From positions 32,001 to 96,000 of the forward strand of contig JBNKCR010000098.1 in the NCBI GenBank assembly GCA_050287845.1: a stretch of DNA of 64,000 bases, written 5' to 3'. The notes beneath the pieces were generated by a model. That model worked only from the letters and a program-made list of their open reading frames with translations. It made no database searches and was not told where the DNA came from. Both the position numbers and the translations under genes were made by a program. This DNA is from Polyangia bacterium (lineage in GTDB: Bacteria; Myxococcota_A; Polyangia; JAAYKL01). This document shows, one piece after another, positions 28,148 to 36,827 of the stretch (position 1 is its first letter; each line of letters begins with the position of its first letter).

Positions 28148-29236
28148 TTATTCCCTGGTGATGCGTAGGCTGCTTCGAACCTTCAGTTTTTCAAGTACAG
28201 AGACCTTTTGCCTTTCTTTGTACCGGATATGAGCGGCTTCTCCCCTTTCATTCTGCCGGTGGGTCTTCCTGTCCAGAATCTGAATTTCTGCGCGAACGTA
28301 AATTATCGGGCGGGGAACCGGATTTACGCCATCGGTGATAAACGCATTTTTAAAATCTTCGATACGCACTGGCATATCGGCAACCCAATGCACCACGTGA
28401 TATTGGGGAGATGAATGAACGTTGGACACCATCGGATTCAGCTCGTCGTTCATGTTGCTTCGACCATTCAGCTGAGAAGCCAGTTCACGAAGATGGGTGT
28501 TATTTCCAATGAACGTAGCAAACGGAAACAGCGTGTTGTAGGATTCTCCAGGTAGAATATAGTTGAATGGAAAAAGGTTGCGGGAAAGAAAATTGATAGC
28601 AGGCAGCACGTCGTCTCTTGTGGCGGTTACTACACGAAACCGGATTTTATCAAACAGCTGCGCGGCAAGGGGGTCATCCTTGGAAAGCAGTTTGGTGACC
28701 ATGCTGGCCCGCTGTTTTCTTCCCCCCATGAATTCAACAATCGGCAATCTATCGGCCATCATATGGCTGATGGTCTGATAAATTCGCGCTTCGGCTTTCT
28801 GAAATAGCTGCTGATCCGTGATTTGAAGTGCCTGTCTGGCTTCACCCGCATCAAAATGGTTGATGATATGCATGGCTTTCAGCAATGTGCACGCGCAGAA
28901 TTGCCGATGGCGTGTGTTGGAGTTTGACGCGATTTTAAACAGTTCAAATAAAGAGGCATTCCGAATCGGTGATGGCATGGGGAAGTCGAATTCCTCTTGC
29001 AGATATGCAATGGATTCATCTCTGATTCGTTCAATGAGAGCGATGTCTGAGGGATCGTTGAGGTCCAGACAATGATTTTTACAAAGCGCTTCCGCATCCT
29101 TGTCGGTCAGATTCAGTCTCGTCCAGTCCAATATGTTTTCGTCTGTCAGGCTCAACCGAACAATGTCGAGATCAAACAGCTGAAATTTGTCGAGGGCCCG
29201 ATATGGCGCAATATAATTAGGAGTAATAAACTGCAC
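28148..29236 (-). CDS. TIGR04552-like protein (RelA/SpoT-synthetase-like motifs)
   Basis: ILDWTRL, FDKIRFRVVT, FPFNYILPGES, EIQILD..T...NERGEAAH.RYK.RQ. Start set at GTG 29236 because the ORF-track extension overlaps a small gene. Confidence 0.75.
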   Translation of the reverse strand: MQFITPNYIAPYRALDKFQLFDLDIVRLSLTDENILDWTRLNLTDKDAEALCKNHCLDLNDPSDIALIERIRDESIAYLQEEFDFPMPSPIRNASLFELFKIASNSNTRHRQFCACTLLKAMHIINHFDAGEARQALQITDQQLFQKAEARIYQTISHMMADRLPIVEFMGGRKQRASMVTKLLSKDDPLAAQLFDKIRFRVVTATRDDVLPAINFLSRNLFPFNYILPGESYNTLFPFATFIGNNTHLRELASQLNGRSNMNDELNPMVSNVHSSPQYHVVHWVADMPVRIEDFKNAFITDGVNPVPRPIIYVRAEIQILDRKTHRQNERGEAAHIRYKERQKVSVLEKLKVRSSLRITRE

Positions 29237-29297
29237 GGCAAATATAATATCACAAAGGCTGTCGAGGAAGGAGGTGCGGTACGACTTACAGACTACC

Positions 29298-29468
29298 CTA
29301 TTTGAGCAATTTCTCTGTCTTGGCTTCCTGGCTACCGCCGAGTGAAAGGGTGCCCAGAAGAATCCCGGAAGCAATGACCAGCAAGAGAATGTGCCCCCAA
29401 ACGGTACCGGAACAAAGAGGAACAAGTGCAGCCAGAAGAACTATTGGAAAAAGTGCCAGTTTGATCAT
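29298..29468 (-). CDS. Unannotated 56-aa membrane protein
   Basis: Hand-translated MIKLALFPIVLLAALVPLCSGTVWGHILLLVIASGILLGTLSLGGSQEAKTEKLLK. GAAGGGA RBS and an upstream promoter. Confidence 0.6.
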   Translation of the reverse strand: MIKLALFPIVLLAALVPLCSGTVWGHILLLVIASGILLGTLSLGGSQEAKTEKLLK

Positions 29469-29516
29469 GTCATCTATCCCTTCTGCGAACTCTTACTTTT
29501 GATTACCATGTAGGAT

Positions 29517-29545
29517 AATTTACCACACGAATTTCCTCGTGTCAA
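29517..29545 (-). promoter_or_regulatory. Sigma70 promoter for the small gene / TIGR04552 / lepB unit
   Basis: TTGACA-17 nt-TAAATT with TG extension; palindrome ACACGA-6-TCGTGT overlaps the spacer and -35. Confidence 0.6.
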
Positions 29546-29626
29546 ATTCGCATTTTTTTAAAGGCGAAACGGGTTTTGTGCAAGGAAAAAAATTACTGGG
29601 TATCGTAATTTATTGCTCTTCCCAAA

Positions 29627-29655
29627 TTGACATCAATACCTTAAGAGATAGATTA
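29627..29655 (+). promoter_or_regulatory. Sigma70 promoter of lon
   Basis: TTGACA-17 nt-TAGATT. Confidence 0.6.
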
Positions 29656-29698
29656 ATTTAACGGACAGGGAGCAACGTAGAAACAAAGTAAAGGAAAA

Positions 29699-32026
29699 GT
29701 GCCTGAAATGATTGAACAAATTGTCCCAATTTTGCCTCTTCGAAACTCTGTGATGTTTCCTGCATCAGTGGTGCCTATCAATGTTGGACGAAAAAAGTCC
29801 ATTGCAGCGATAGAGGAGGTTCAAAAAGGTGAAGAGCAGCTAATTGCAGTATTGAGTCAGAAAGATGCGGATACTGAAGATCCTCTCTGGAATGACCTTT
29901 ACCAAATGGGTACCATCGCGAGAGTCCTGAAGGTCATCCGGTTGGGTGACGACAACTATTCGGTGGTATTGCAGGGAGTGGAACGGTTTCGAATCGTGGA
30001 GCCGATGAGCGTCGAACCCATATTACGGGCAAAGGTTCAGCGGATTCCTGACAATGTACAGAACAATCTTGAGTTGGAAGCGTTGGCGAACAATCTGAAA
30101 GAAACCGGCAGAAAGCTGATTAATCTGCTTCCCAATCTCCCCAAGGAGGCTTCCGGAATTCTGGAGCACGTGACGGAACCGGGGATTCTGGCGGATTTGG
30201 TCGCATCCAATCTGACGGTGGAAGTTGCTGAAAAGCAGACCGTGATTGAAGCCGTAGATGTTGAGAAAAGAATACGTACCTGTCTGAAGTTGCTTACCAA
30301 GCAGCTTGAAATGTTGAAGGTTAAAAAAGAAATTTCGTCCGCAGTCCAGGAAGAGATGGGGCGAAGTCAGCGTGAATATTTTCTCCGGCAGCAAATGAAG
30401 GCCATTAAGGAGGAATTGGGGGAAGGTGAGGATGTTGAGGATGAAATCGAAGAGATTCGCGCCAGAATCGCTGACAGTGGGATGGGCGATGAAGCCGAGA
30501 AGATGGCGAACAAGCAGTTGAACCGGCTTCGGCACATGCAGTCCTCGTCAGCGGAATACACCGTTACACGGACATATCTCGACTGGCTTGTCGAGCTTCC
30601 CTGGAAAACAACAACCGAGGATAAGCTCGATATCGATTCGGTGCAGCGGATATTGAATGAGGACCATTACGATCTGGAGAAAGTGAAGCAGCGCATTCTT
30701 GAACAGATCGCGGTACTGAAACTGAACCCCGAGAAAAAAGGATCGATCCTGTGTCTTGTTGGACCGCCCGGAGTTGGAAAAACGTCATTAGGCAAATCCA
30801 TTGCCAGAGCAATCGGACGGGAGTTTGTGCGCATATCTCTGGGGGGGGTGCGCGACGAGGCGGAGATTCGGGGGCACCGGCGGACATATGTGGGCGCATT
30901 GCCGGGGCGAGTGCTGCAGGGAATGAAAAAAGCGGGGACCATTAATCCGCTGTTTATGCTGGACGAGCTGGACAAACTGGGATCAGATTTCCGGGGAGAC
31001 CCCGCATCGGCAATGCTTGAGGTGCTGGATCCCGAGCAGAACAATACATTTTCGGATCATTACCTGGAAGTGACTTACGATTTGTCCAAGGTAATGTTTA
31101 TCGGTACAGCAAATAACAAGTCCACCATTCCGCCAGCGTTGATGGACCGCATTGAGATGATTGATATCCCCGGTTACACCCGCGAAGAGAAGCGGCAAAT
31201 TGCGGTGAACTATTCCATTCCCAAGCAAATTGGGGAGCATGGACTGACCAACGAGCTGCTTCATTTTACCGATGAAGGCATACTGTGCATCATTGACTCC
31301 TACACCCGGGAGGCAGGGGTCCGGAATCTCGAGAGAGAGATTGCCCGCGTCTGTCGGGCGGTGGCGGTAAAGGTGGCCCGGGCAGACGATGGCAGGGGAT
31401 ATGAAGCCAATCCGGATTTTATTCAGGAGGTGCTCGGTCCTGTTCGGTTCATCCCTGAAATGGCGGATAGGTGTTCTGTTCCCGGAGTGACCACCGGGCT
31501 GGCCTGGACCCCTATGGGGGGCGATATTATATTTATCGAGGCCACGAAGATGAAGGGCAGTGGCAAAATGGCGATGACGGGGCAGTTGGGTGACGTCATG
31601 AAGGAATCCGCGCAAACGGCTTTGTCGTACGTGAAATCCAATGCGGGAAATTTCGCTCTGCAGCCCGATGTTACTGAGGAAATCGATATTCATCTGCACG
31701 TACCCGCAGGAAGCGTGCCCAAGGATGGCCCCAGCGCGGGGGTATCGATGTTCACATCCCTTGTCTCATTGTTTTCGGACCGGAAAGTGCACTCTGATAT
31801 TGCCATGACCGGAGAAATTACATTGCGTGGGCTGGTTCTGCCCATCGGTGGTGTGAAGGAAAAAGTATTGGCTGCACACCAGGCGGGTATCAAGCGGGTG
31901 ATTCTGCCGGAACGCAACCGGAAAGATAAACCGGATATTCCAGAAGAAATACTCAAAGACATCGAATTGATTTTTGTATCCCGAATGGAAGAAGTTATTG
32001 AGACCGCACTTGAACCGGCCAAATAG
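29699..32026 (+). CDS. lon: ATP-dependent Lon protease
   Basis: N-terminal LPLRN domain, GPPGVGKTS Walker A, LDELDK Walker B, PKDGPSAG catalytic Ser. Confidence 0.97.
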   Translation: MPEMIEQIVPILPLRNSVMFPASVVPINVGRKKSIAAIEEVQKGEEQLIAVLSQKDADTEDPLWNDLYQMGTIARVLKVIRLGDDNYSVVLQGVERFRIVEPMSVEPILRAKVQRIPDNVQNNLELEALANNLKETGRKLINLLPNLPKEASGILEHVTEPGILADLVASNLTVEVAEKQTVIEAVDVEKRIRTCLKLLTKQLEMLKVKKEISSAVQEEMGRSQREYFLRQQMKAIKEELGEGEDVEDEIEEIRARIADSGMGDEAEKMANKQLNRLRHMQSSSAEYTVTRTYLDWLVELPWKTTTEDKLDIDSVQRILNEDHYDLEKVKQRILEQIAVLKLNPEKKGSILCLVGPPGVGKTSLGKSIARAIGREFVRISLGGVRDEAEIRGHRRTYVGALPGRVLQGMKKAGTINPLFMLDELDKLGSDFRGDPASAMLEVLDPEQNNTFSDHYLEVTYDLSKVMFIGTANNKSTIPPALMDRIEMIDIPGYTREEKRQIAVNYSIPKQIGEHGLTNELLHFTDEGILCIIDSYTREAGVRNLEREIARVCRAVAVKVARADDGRGYEANPDFIQEVLGPVRFIPEMADRCSVPGVTTGLAWTPMGGDIIFIEATKMKGSGKMAMTGQLGDVMKESAQTALSYVKSNAGNFALQPDVTEEIDIHLHVPAGSVPKDGPSAGVSMFTSLVSLFSDRKVHSDIAMTGEITLRGLVLPIGGVKEKVLAAHQAGIKRVILPERNRKDKPDIPEEILKDIELIFVSRMEEVIETALEPAK

Positions 32027-32040
32027 TTCAGCTCCGAATC

Positions 32041-32679
32041 ATGAAAGACCGAGACAGTTCCACTTATACTTTTAATGATAATCCATATCTGCATGTGCCG
32101 TCCTTTGACGATGTGAAAGGACCGGTTGATCCCCGTGATTTGCTGGGTGAAGGCGCCCTCGAACTGGAAATCGGTTTCGGTCGGGGGCAGTTCATCCGGG
32201 AGCGTGCCAGCAATGCGCCGGTAAGAATTCTGGGCATCGAGACCAAACGCAAGCTGGTTTATCTGTGCGATCAGAAAGCGAAGCAGCAAAATATTGACAA
32301 TCTGCTGGTCATGCATGGGGATGCCCGGGAAGTAATTTCGCGAATGCAGCCCGACGGGGTGTTTGACAGCGTATTTATTCACTTTCCGGATCCATGGTGG
32401 AAAGCCCGCCATCAGAAGAGAAAAGTTGTGACCGATGCAGTGACCAACGATGTGGTGCGGTTGCTGAAACCCGGTGGCCATTATTTTGTGCAAACCGACG
32501 TGGATTTTCGTGCAGAAGAATATCAGAGCATCCTGATGGCGCACAGCCAGCTGGAGCCTGTGCATGGGGATGGCATGACAGATGAAAATATTTTCATGGC
32601 CCACTCATCCCGTGAAAAGCGTAGCATGGAGTTGGGCATGCCCGTGTATAGAATCCTTTTCAGAAAAAAGAAGATCTGA
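32041..32679 (+). CDS. trmB: tRNA (guanine-N7)-methyltransferase
   Basis: LEIGFGRG, HFPDPWWKARHQKR, QTD motifs. Confidence 0.92.
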   Translation: MKDRDSSTYTFNDNPYLHVPSFDDVKGPVDPRDLLGEGALELEIGFGRGQFIRERASNAPVRILGIETKRKLVYLCDQKAKQQNIDNLLVMHGDAREVISRMQPDGVFDSVFIHFPDPWWKARHQKRKVVTDAVTNDVVRLLKPGGHYFVQTDVDFRAEEYQSILMAHSQLEPVHGDGMTDENIFMAHSSREKRSMELGMPVYRILFRKKKI

Positions 32680-32975
32680 TTTTCCCGGCCTGTACTCTCA
32701 TCGCGAAATCAGTGCGATCCAGGCACCGAGAGAACTAGCTGGCGCACCTCGATAAGCGTTTCCCATTTGCCAGGCAGGTATTCTTCGGTTACAGCCGCGA
32801 ACTGGCAGTCAACTCCACCAACCATCTGCTTGTCCATCTTTCCTGTTGAATATAAACTGTTAAATCTGTAACGACCCGCGCGCATCTCAATTAACGGCGA
32901 TGGATGAAAACAGGGTAGAAACAAACAATTGATTCGGTTTGTGGATTGAAATGAAATGAATTGGCGTGGGGACGG

Positions 32976-34898
32976 TCAGATGCGGGGCAGAACGAGATTC
33001 ACTACCTCTGCAACAGATTCTTCGATAGTCTGTAATTCTGTATTCACCATCAAATCCGGATTCTCCGGTACTTCATAGGCTGCGGAAACGCCAGTGAAGT
33101 TGGGGATTTCGCCTTTATCTGCCTTGGCGTACAGTCCATCATTATCTCGTCTGCGGCATTCATCTATGCTGGAGTGAATGTGGACTTCGGTGAAGGTTCC
33201 TTCCGGCATCAGGGCTCTTGCAAAATCTCGCATTTCTTTTCGCGGCGATATGGTGGAACAGATTACAACCTGACCCGCATCACTGGCCAGTCTGGCCATG
33301 TGTGCGATTCGTCGCACGCTTTCCCGTCTGTCTCTCTCACTGAATCCCAGATCCCCACACATCCCGTGACGTACGACGTCCCCGTCGAGATTGAACACCT
33401 GTTTTCCCTGGTTGAACAGCGATTCCGCCACACCTCGGGCGATGGTGGATTTGCCGGAACGCACCAGACCGGTCAGCCAGATGACATGGCCTTTGTGTTT
33501 ATTCTGTTCCTCGCGTTTTTCCCGGGGCACTGTCACCCTGGCCTCAACGATATTCAGGGATGAGCCTGTAAACATCAGGTCATCCCGGTTGGATTCCGTT
33601 CGTGACGATGCATAGCGAACCATTCCGGCTGCCACAGTGATGTTGGTGGCCGGATCGATCAGAATAAAGCTGCCAGTCTCTCGGTTGTTCTTATAGGGGT
33701 CAATGAACAGGGGCATCGCGGTTTCAATTACCACACGGCCCATTTCATTTAATTTCAGGGTGTCTGCATCTCTGTTCCGGTGCAGGGTATTCACGTCAAT
33801 CAGATAGCGCAGTTCGCGGATATAGCCCTGTACCGTTCGCGAAGTGTGCTGAATGATGTAGGGAGTGCCGAAATCGAGCGACCGAATGTCGTCCATCCAA
33901 CAGAGGGTGGCTTCAAATTTGTTTTCAACACGGGGCAGGTTGTTTCTTCGAACAATCATTTCGCCGCGGCTGATGTCGATTTCGTCCGCCAACGTCAGAA
34001 CCACTGATTCGCCGGCGCTGGCTTCCTTCCGGTTTCCTTCGAAGGTAACGATTTCCTTAATTCTGGAAGTCTTTCGCGAAGGGAGAGCCGTTATCTCTTC
34101 ACCGACAGCGATACTTCCGGAAGGAATTCGTCCGGAGAAACCGCGGAAATTCAGATGGGGACGAATCACATATTGTACAGGAAATCTGAAATCAATGAGG
34201 TTGCGGTCAGATGAAATCACCACATTTTCCAGATGGTGCATCACGGTAGGACCGGAGTACCATGGGGTTCGCTCCGAACGGTCGACCACATTGTCCCCAT
34301 CCAGTGCAGAGATGGGAATAAAAGTCATATCCGGCAAATCGAGTTTTGTGGCAAAGTCGGTGAAGTCTCTTACGATTTTGTCGAAAATGCCTTTATCAAA
34401 ATCCACCAGATCCATTTTATTGACACAGACCAGCACGTGGGGAATTCCCAGGAGCGACGCGATGAAACCATGGCGTTTGGATTGCGTCAGCACACCCAGT
34501 CGTGCATCAATCAGAATGATGGCGAGGTCGGCAGTGGACGCGCCGGTTACCATATTGCGGGTATACTGCTCATGGCCCGGTGTATCCGCAATAATGAATT
34601 TCCTTTTAGGGGTGGCAAAGTAGCGATACGCCACATCGATGGTGATGCCCTGTTCTCGCTCGGAACGCAGTCCATCAGTGAGCAGTGCCAGGTTCACCCC
34701 TTCCTCGCCTCGAAGTTTGCTGGATTCCTCCAATTGATCCATCTGATCCTGAAAAATGGCCTTGGAATCAAAAAGAAGGCGTCCTATCAGCGTGCTTTTA
34801 CCGTCATCGACGCTTCCTGCCGTTGTGAACCGGAGCAGTTCCTTGTTCAGATATTCGTCAACATTGTAATTGCTTGTATTTTCAATTTTGTCAGTCAT
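32976..34898 (-). CDS. cysNC: Bifunctional sulfate adenylyltransferase subunit 1 / APS kinase (CysN/CysC)
   Basis: GSVDDGKSTLIG, DTPGHEQYTRNM, NKMD; C-terminal WLTG..SGKST, LDGD, NFTG. Confidence 0.95.
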   Translation of the reverse strand: MTDKIENTSNYNVDEYLNKELLRFTTAGSVDDGKSTLIGRLLFDSKAIFQDQMDQLEESSKLRGEEGVNLALLTDGLRSEREQGITIDVAYRYFATPKRKFIIADTPGHEQYTRNMVTGASTADLAIILIDARLGVLTQSKRHGFIASLLGIPHVLVCVNKMDLVDFDKGIFDKIVRDFTDFATKLDLPDMTFIPISALDGDNVVDRSERTPWYSGPTVMHHLENVVISSDRNLIDFRFPVQYVIRPHLNFRGFSGRIPSGSIAVGEEITALPSRKTSRIKEIVTFEGNRKEASAGESVVLTLADEIDISRGEMIVRRNNLPRVENKFEATLCWMDDIRSLDFGTPYIIQHTSRTVQGYIRELRYLIDVNTLHRNRDADTLKLNEMGRVVIETAMPLFIDPYKNNRETGSFILIDPATNITVAAGMVRYASSRTESNRDDLMFTGSSLNIVEARVTVPREKREEQNKHKGHVIWLTGLVRSGKSTIARGVAESLFNQGKQVFNLDGDVVRHGMCGDLGFSERDRRESVRRIAHMARLASDAGQVVICSTISPRKEMRDFARALMPEGTFTEVHIHSSIDECRRRDNDGLYAKADKGEIPNFTGVSAAYEVPENPDLMVNTELQTIEESVAEVVNLVLPRI

Positions 34899-34918
34899 TG
34901 TAATGCCCAGATCTCTGT

Positions 34919-35809
34919 TTAGAAGTAACCCTGTTTCTTGCGATCTTCCATCGCTGCTTCGGTTCGTTTGTCGTCCGCACGGGTTCCGCGCTCTGTGGTT
35001 CTTGTTGCCGCAACTTCCCAGATAATGTCACGCACCGAATCCGCCCGGGATTCAACGGCGCCTGTACATGTCATGTCGCCAATTGTTCTGAATCGAACAA
35101 TTTTCTCTTCCACCTTTTCGTCCGGATGCCGTTCCATGATGTCTGACGCGTAGTAGATGACGCCGTCTCTTTCAAATATCTTCCGCTTATGGCTGAAGTA
35201 AAGAGAAGGCATGGGAATGTTTTCAAGCTCGATATATTGCCACACGTCCAGTTCTGTCCAGTTGCTGATTGGGAAAACCCGGAAGTGTTCTCCCTTTCTC
35301 TTCTGTCCATTGAAAATATTCCAGAGTTCCGGCCGCTGATTTTTGGGATCCCATTGTCCGAAACTGTTTCGAAACGAAAAGAAACGCTCTTTGGCACGGG
35401 CTTTCTCTTCGTCCCGGCGTGCACCGCCGAGTGCCGCATCAAATTTGAATTCAGCGACGGCGTCCAGCAGAGTCGTAGTCTGCAATGCATTGCGGCTTGC
35501 GCCAATGCCGGTTTCCTCCACTACCCGGCCTGCGTCAATGGATGCCTGCACCGTTCGCACGATCAGATTGGCATCGATTTCTTTCATGTACTGATCCCGG
35601 TACGCCAGCGTTTCGGGGAAGTTGTGCCCCGTATCGATGTGCATGAGCGGAAACGGGATTTTGCCGGGATAAAACGCTTTGCGGGCGAGGTGGGCCATGC
35701 AAATCGAGTCCTTGCCGCCGGAGAACAGGAGAACCGGTCTCTCTGCCTGAGCAGCGACTTCCCGAATGACGTATATTGCTTCAGATTCCAGTTGTTTCAA
35801 ATGATTCAT
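34919..35809 (-). CDS. cysD: Sulfate adenylyltransferase subunit 2
   Basis: FSGGKDS, GGARRDEEKARAKER, WDPKNQRPELW, MEDRKKQGYF. Start at MNHLK after an AAGGA RBS. Confidence 0.96.
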   Translation of the reverse strand: MNHLKQLESEAIYVIREVAAQAERPVLLFSGGKDSICMAHLARKAFYPGKIPFPLMHIDTGHNFPETLAYRDQYMKEIDANLIVRTVQASIDAGRVVEETGIGASRNALQTTTLLDAVAEFKFDAALGGARRDEEKARAKERFFSFRNSFGQWDPKNQRPELWNIFNGQKRKGEHFRVFPISNWTELDVWQYIELENIPMPSLYFSHKRKIFERDGVIYYASDIMERHPDEKVEEKIVRFRTIGDMTCTGAVESRADSVRDIIWEVAATRTTERGTRADDKRTEAAMEDRKKQGYF

Positions 35810-36098
35810 TCGATGTTCCTTTGGGAGATATCTGTTTCTTTCCAACGCTTGGCATTGTGTACATGTATGGAAAGAGGAGGTGTTTTTTTTTGCTTGACTA
35901 ACATTATTGGTTATGACTGTACAGATCTTGAATTTTTTTTTTCTTGCGTTACTTTTGCGCCCTGAAAGGCATGTGCCTTTGCGTTCGTACTGTCAAGGGC
36001 ATATCAGGTGTGGCATAGGCAAATTAAATAACATCGAGATGAATTCATTTGCTTGACCTGCAAATTATTTTTGAGTAATTAGTGTTGCATTCAGATAT

Positions 36099-36170
36099 GC
36101 GGGATTAACTCAGTGGTAGAGTGTTAGCTTCCCAAGCTGAAAGTCGCGAGTTCGAATCTCGTATCCCGCT
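36099..36170 (+). tRNA. tRNA-Gly(CCC)
   Basis: Acceptor GCGGGAT/ATCCCGC, D-arm ACTC-AGTGGTA-GAGT, anticodon arm TTAGC-TTCCCAA-GCTGA, T-loop TTCGAAT. CCA not encoded. Confidence 0.96.
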
Positions 36171-36171
36171 C

Positions 36172-36205
36172 AAAAAAAGGTCGCCTTCGGGTGGCCTTTT
36201 TTATT
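36172..36205 (+). terminator. Rho-independent (bidirectional-looking) terminator after the tRNA
   Basis: A-run, GGTCGCC-TTCG-GGTGGCC, T-run. Confidence 0.85.
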
Positions 36206-36345
36206 GGACGCAATGGCAGAACTGACGACGCTACTACGAGACCGCTCTGAAGGGGATAGGATGAGGTTGTTGCCGTATGCGAGTTGGGGTATAGATGGGG
36301 AGTGTCTGGATGCTGAAATTGGAGTGTGTTCATGCAGGAGAGGAT

Positions 36346-36816
36346 GTGACGTTACTTGTATTCGATTTGGACTTTACTTTGTGGGATGCGGGGGGGACGT
36401 GGTGTGATCATACCCGGCCGCCTTACCGCATTCGGAATGGAAATATTTACGATGCCGACAACAGTCACATTCGGCTGTATCCGGATGTGAAGCCACTGTT
36501 GGAAGATCTTCGGCAACAGGAGATTCCGATGGCGATTGCCTCAAAAACCGGGGCGCCGGATTGGGCGCGGGAGCTGTTGGGGTTGTTTGATATTCGGCAT
36601 TATTTTGAGCATGAAGAAATCTATCCCGCCAATAAAACCCGCCATTTTCGCAGGATCGCCGCTGAGTCGGGGGTTGCCTTCGGCGATATGATATTTTTTG
36701 ACGATGAGTATCCCAATATCCGGGACATATCGGCATTGGGCGTCCACGCAGTCCACGTGCAAAACGGCGTCACCCGCTCCATGGTCATGGATGTAATCCG
36801 AAATTCAACATCCTGA
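36346..36816 (+). CDS. Magnesium-dependent phosphatase-1 (HAD IIIC family)
   Basis: VFDLDFTLW, LYPDV, IASKT, FFDDE..NI; GTG start after AGGAG. Confidence 0.88.
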   Translation: MTLLVFDLDFTLWDAGGTWCDHTRPPYRIRNGNIYDADNSHIRLYPDVKPLLEDLRQQEIPMAIASKTGAPDWARELLGLFDIRHYFEHEEIYPANKTRHFRRIAAESGVAFGDMIFFDDEYPNIRDISALGVHAVHVQNGVTRSMVMDVIRNSTS

Positions 36817-36827
36817 CAACTTGTATC

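Noticed and set aside
29237..29425. N-terminal extension of the 425-aa ORF-track call
   Set aside because: It is compositionally unlike the rest of the protein and overlaps a better-supported 56-aa ORF in another frame.
32709..32924. 71-aa minus-strand ORF (or 42 aa from ATG near 32837) between trmB and cysNC
   Set aside because: It has only a weak RBS and no recognisable motif, so I cannot support it as a gene.
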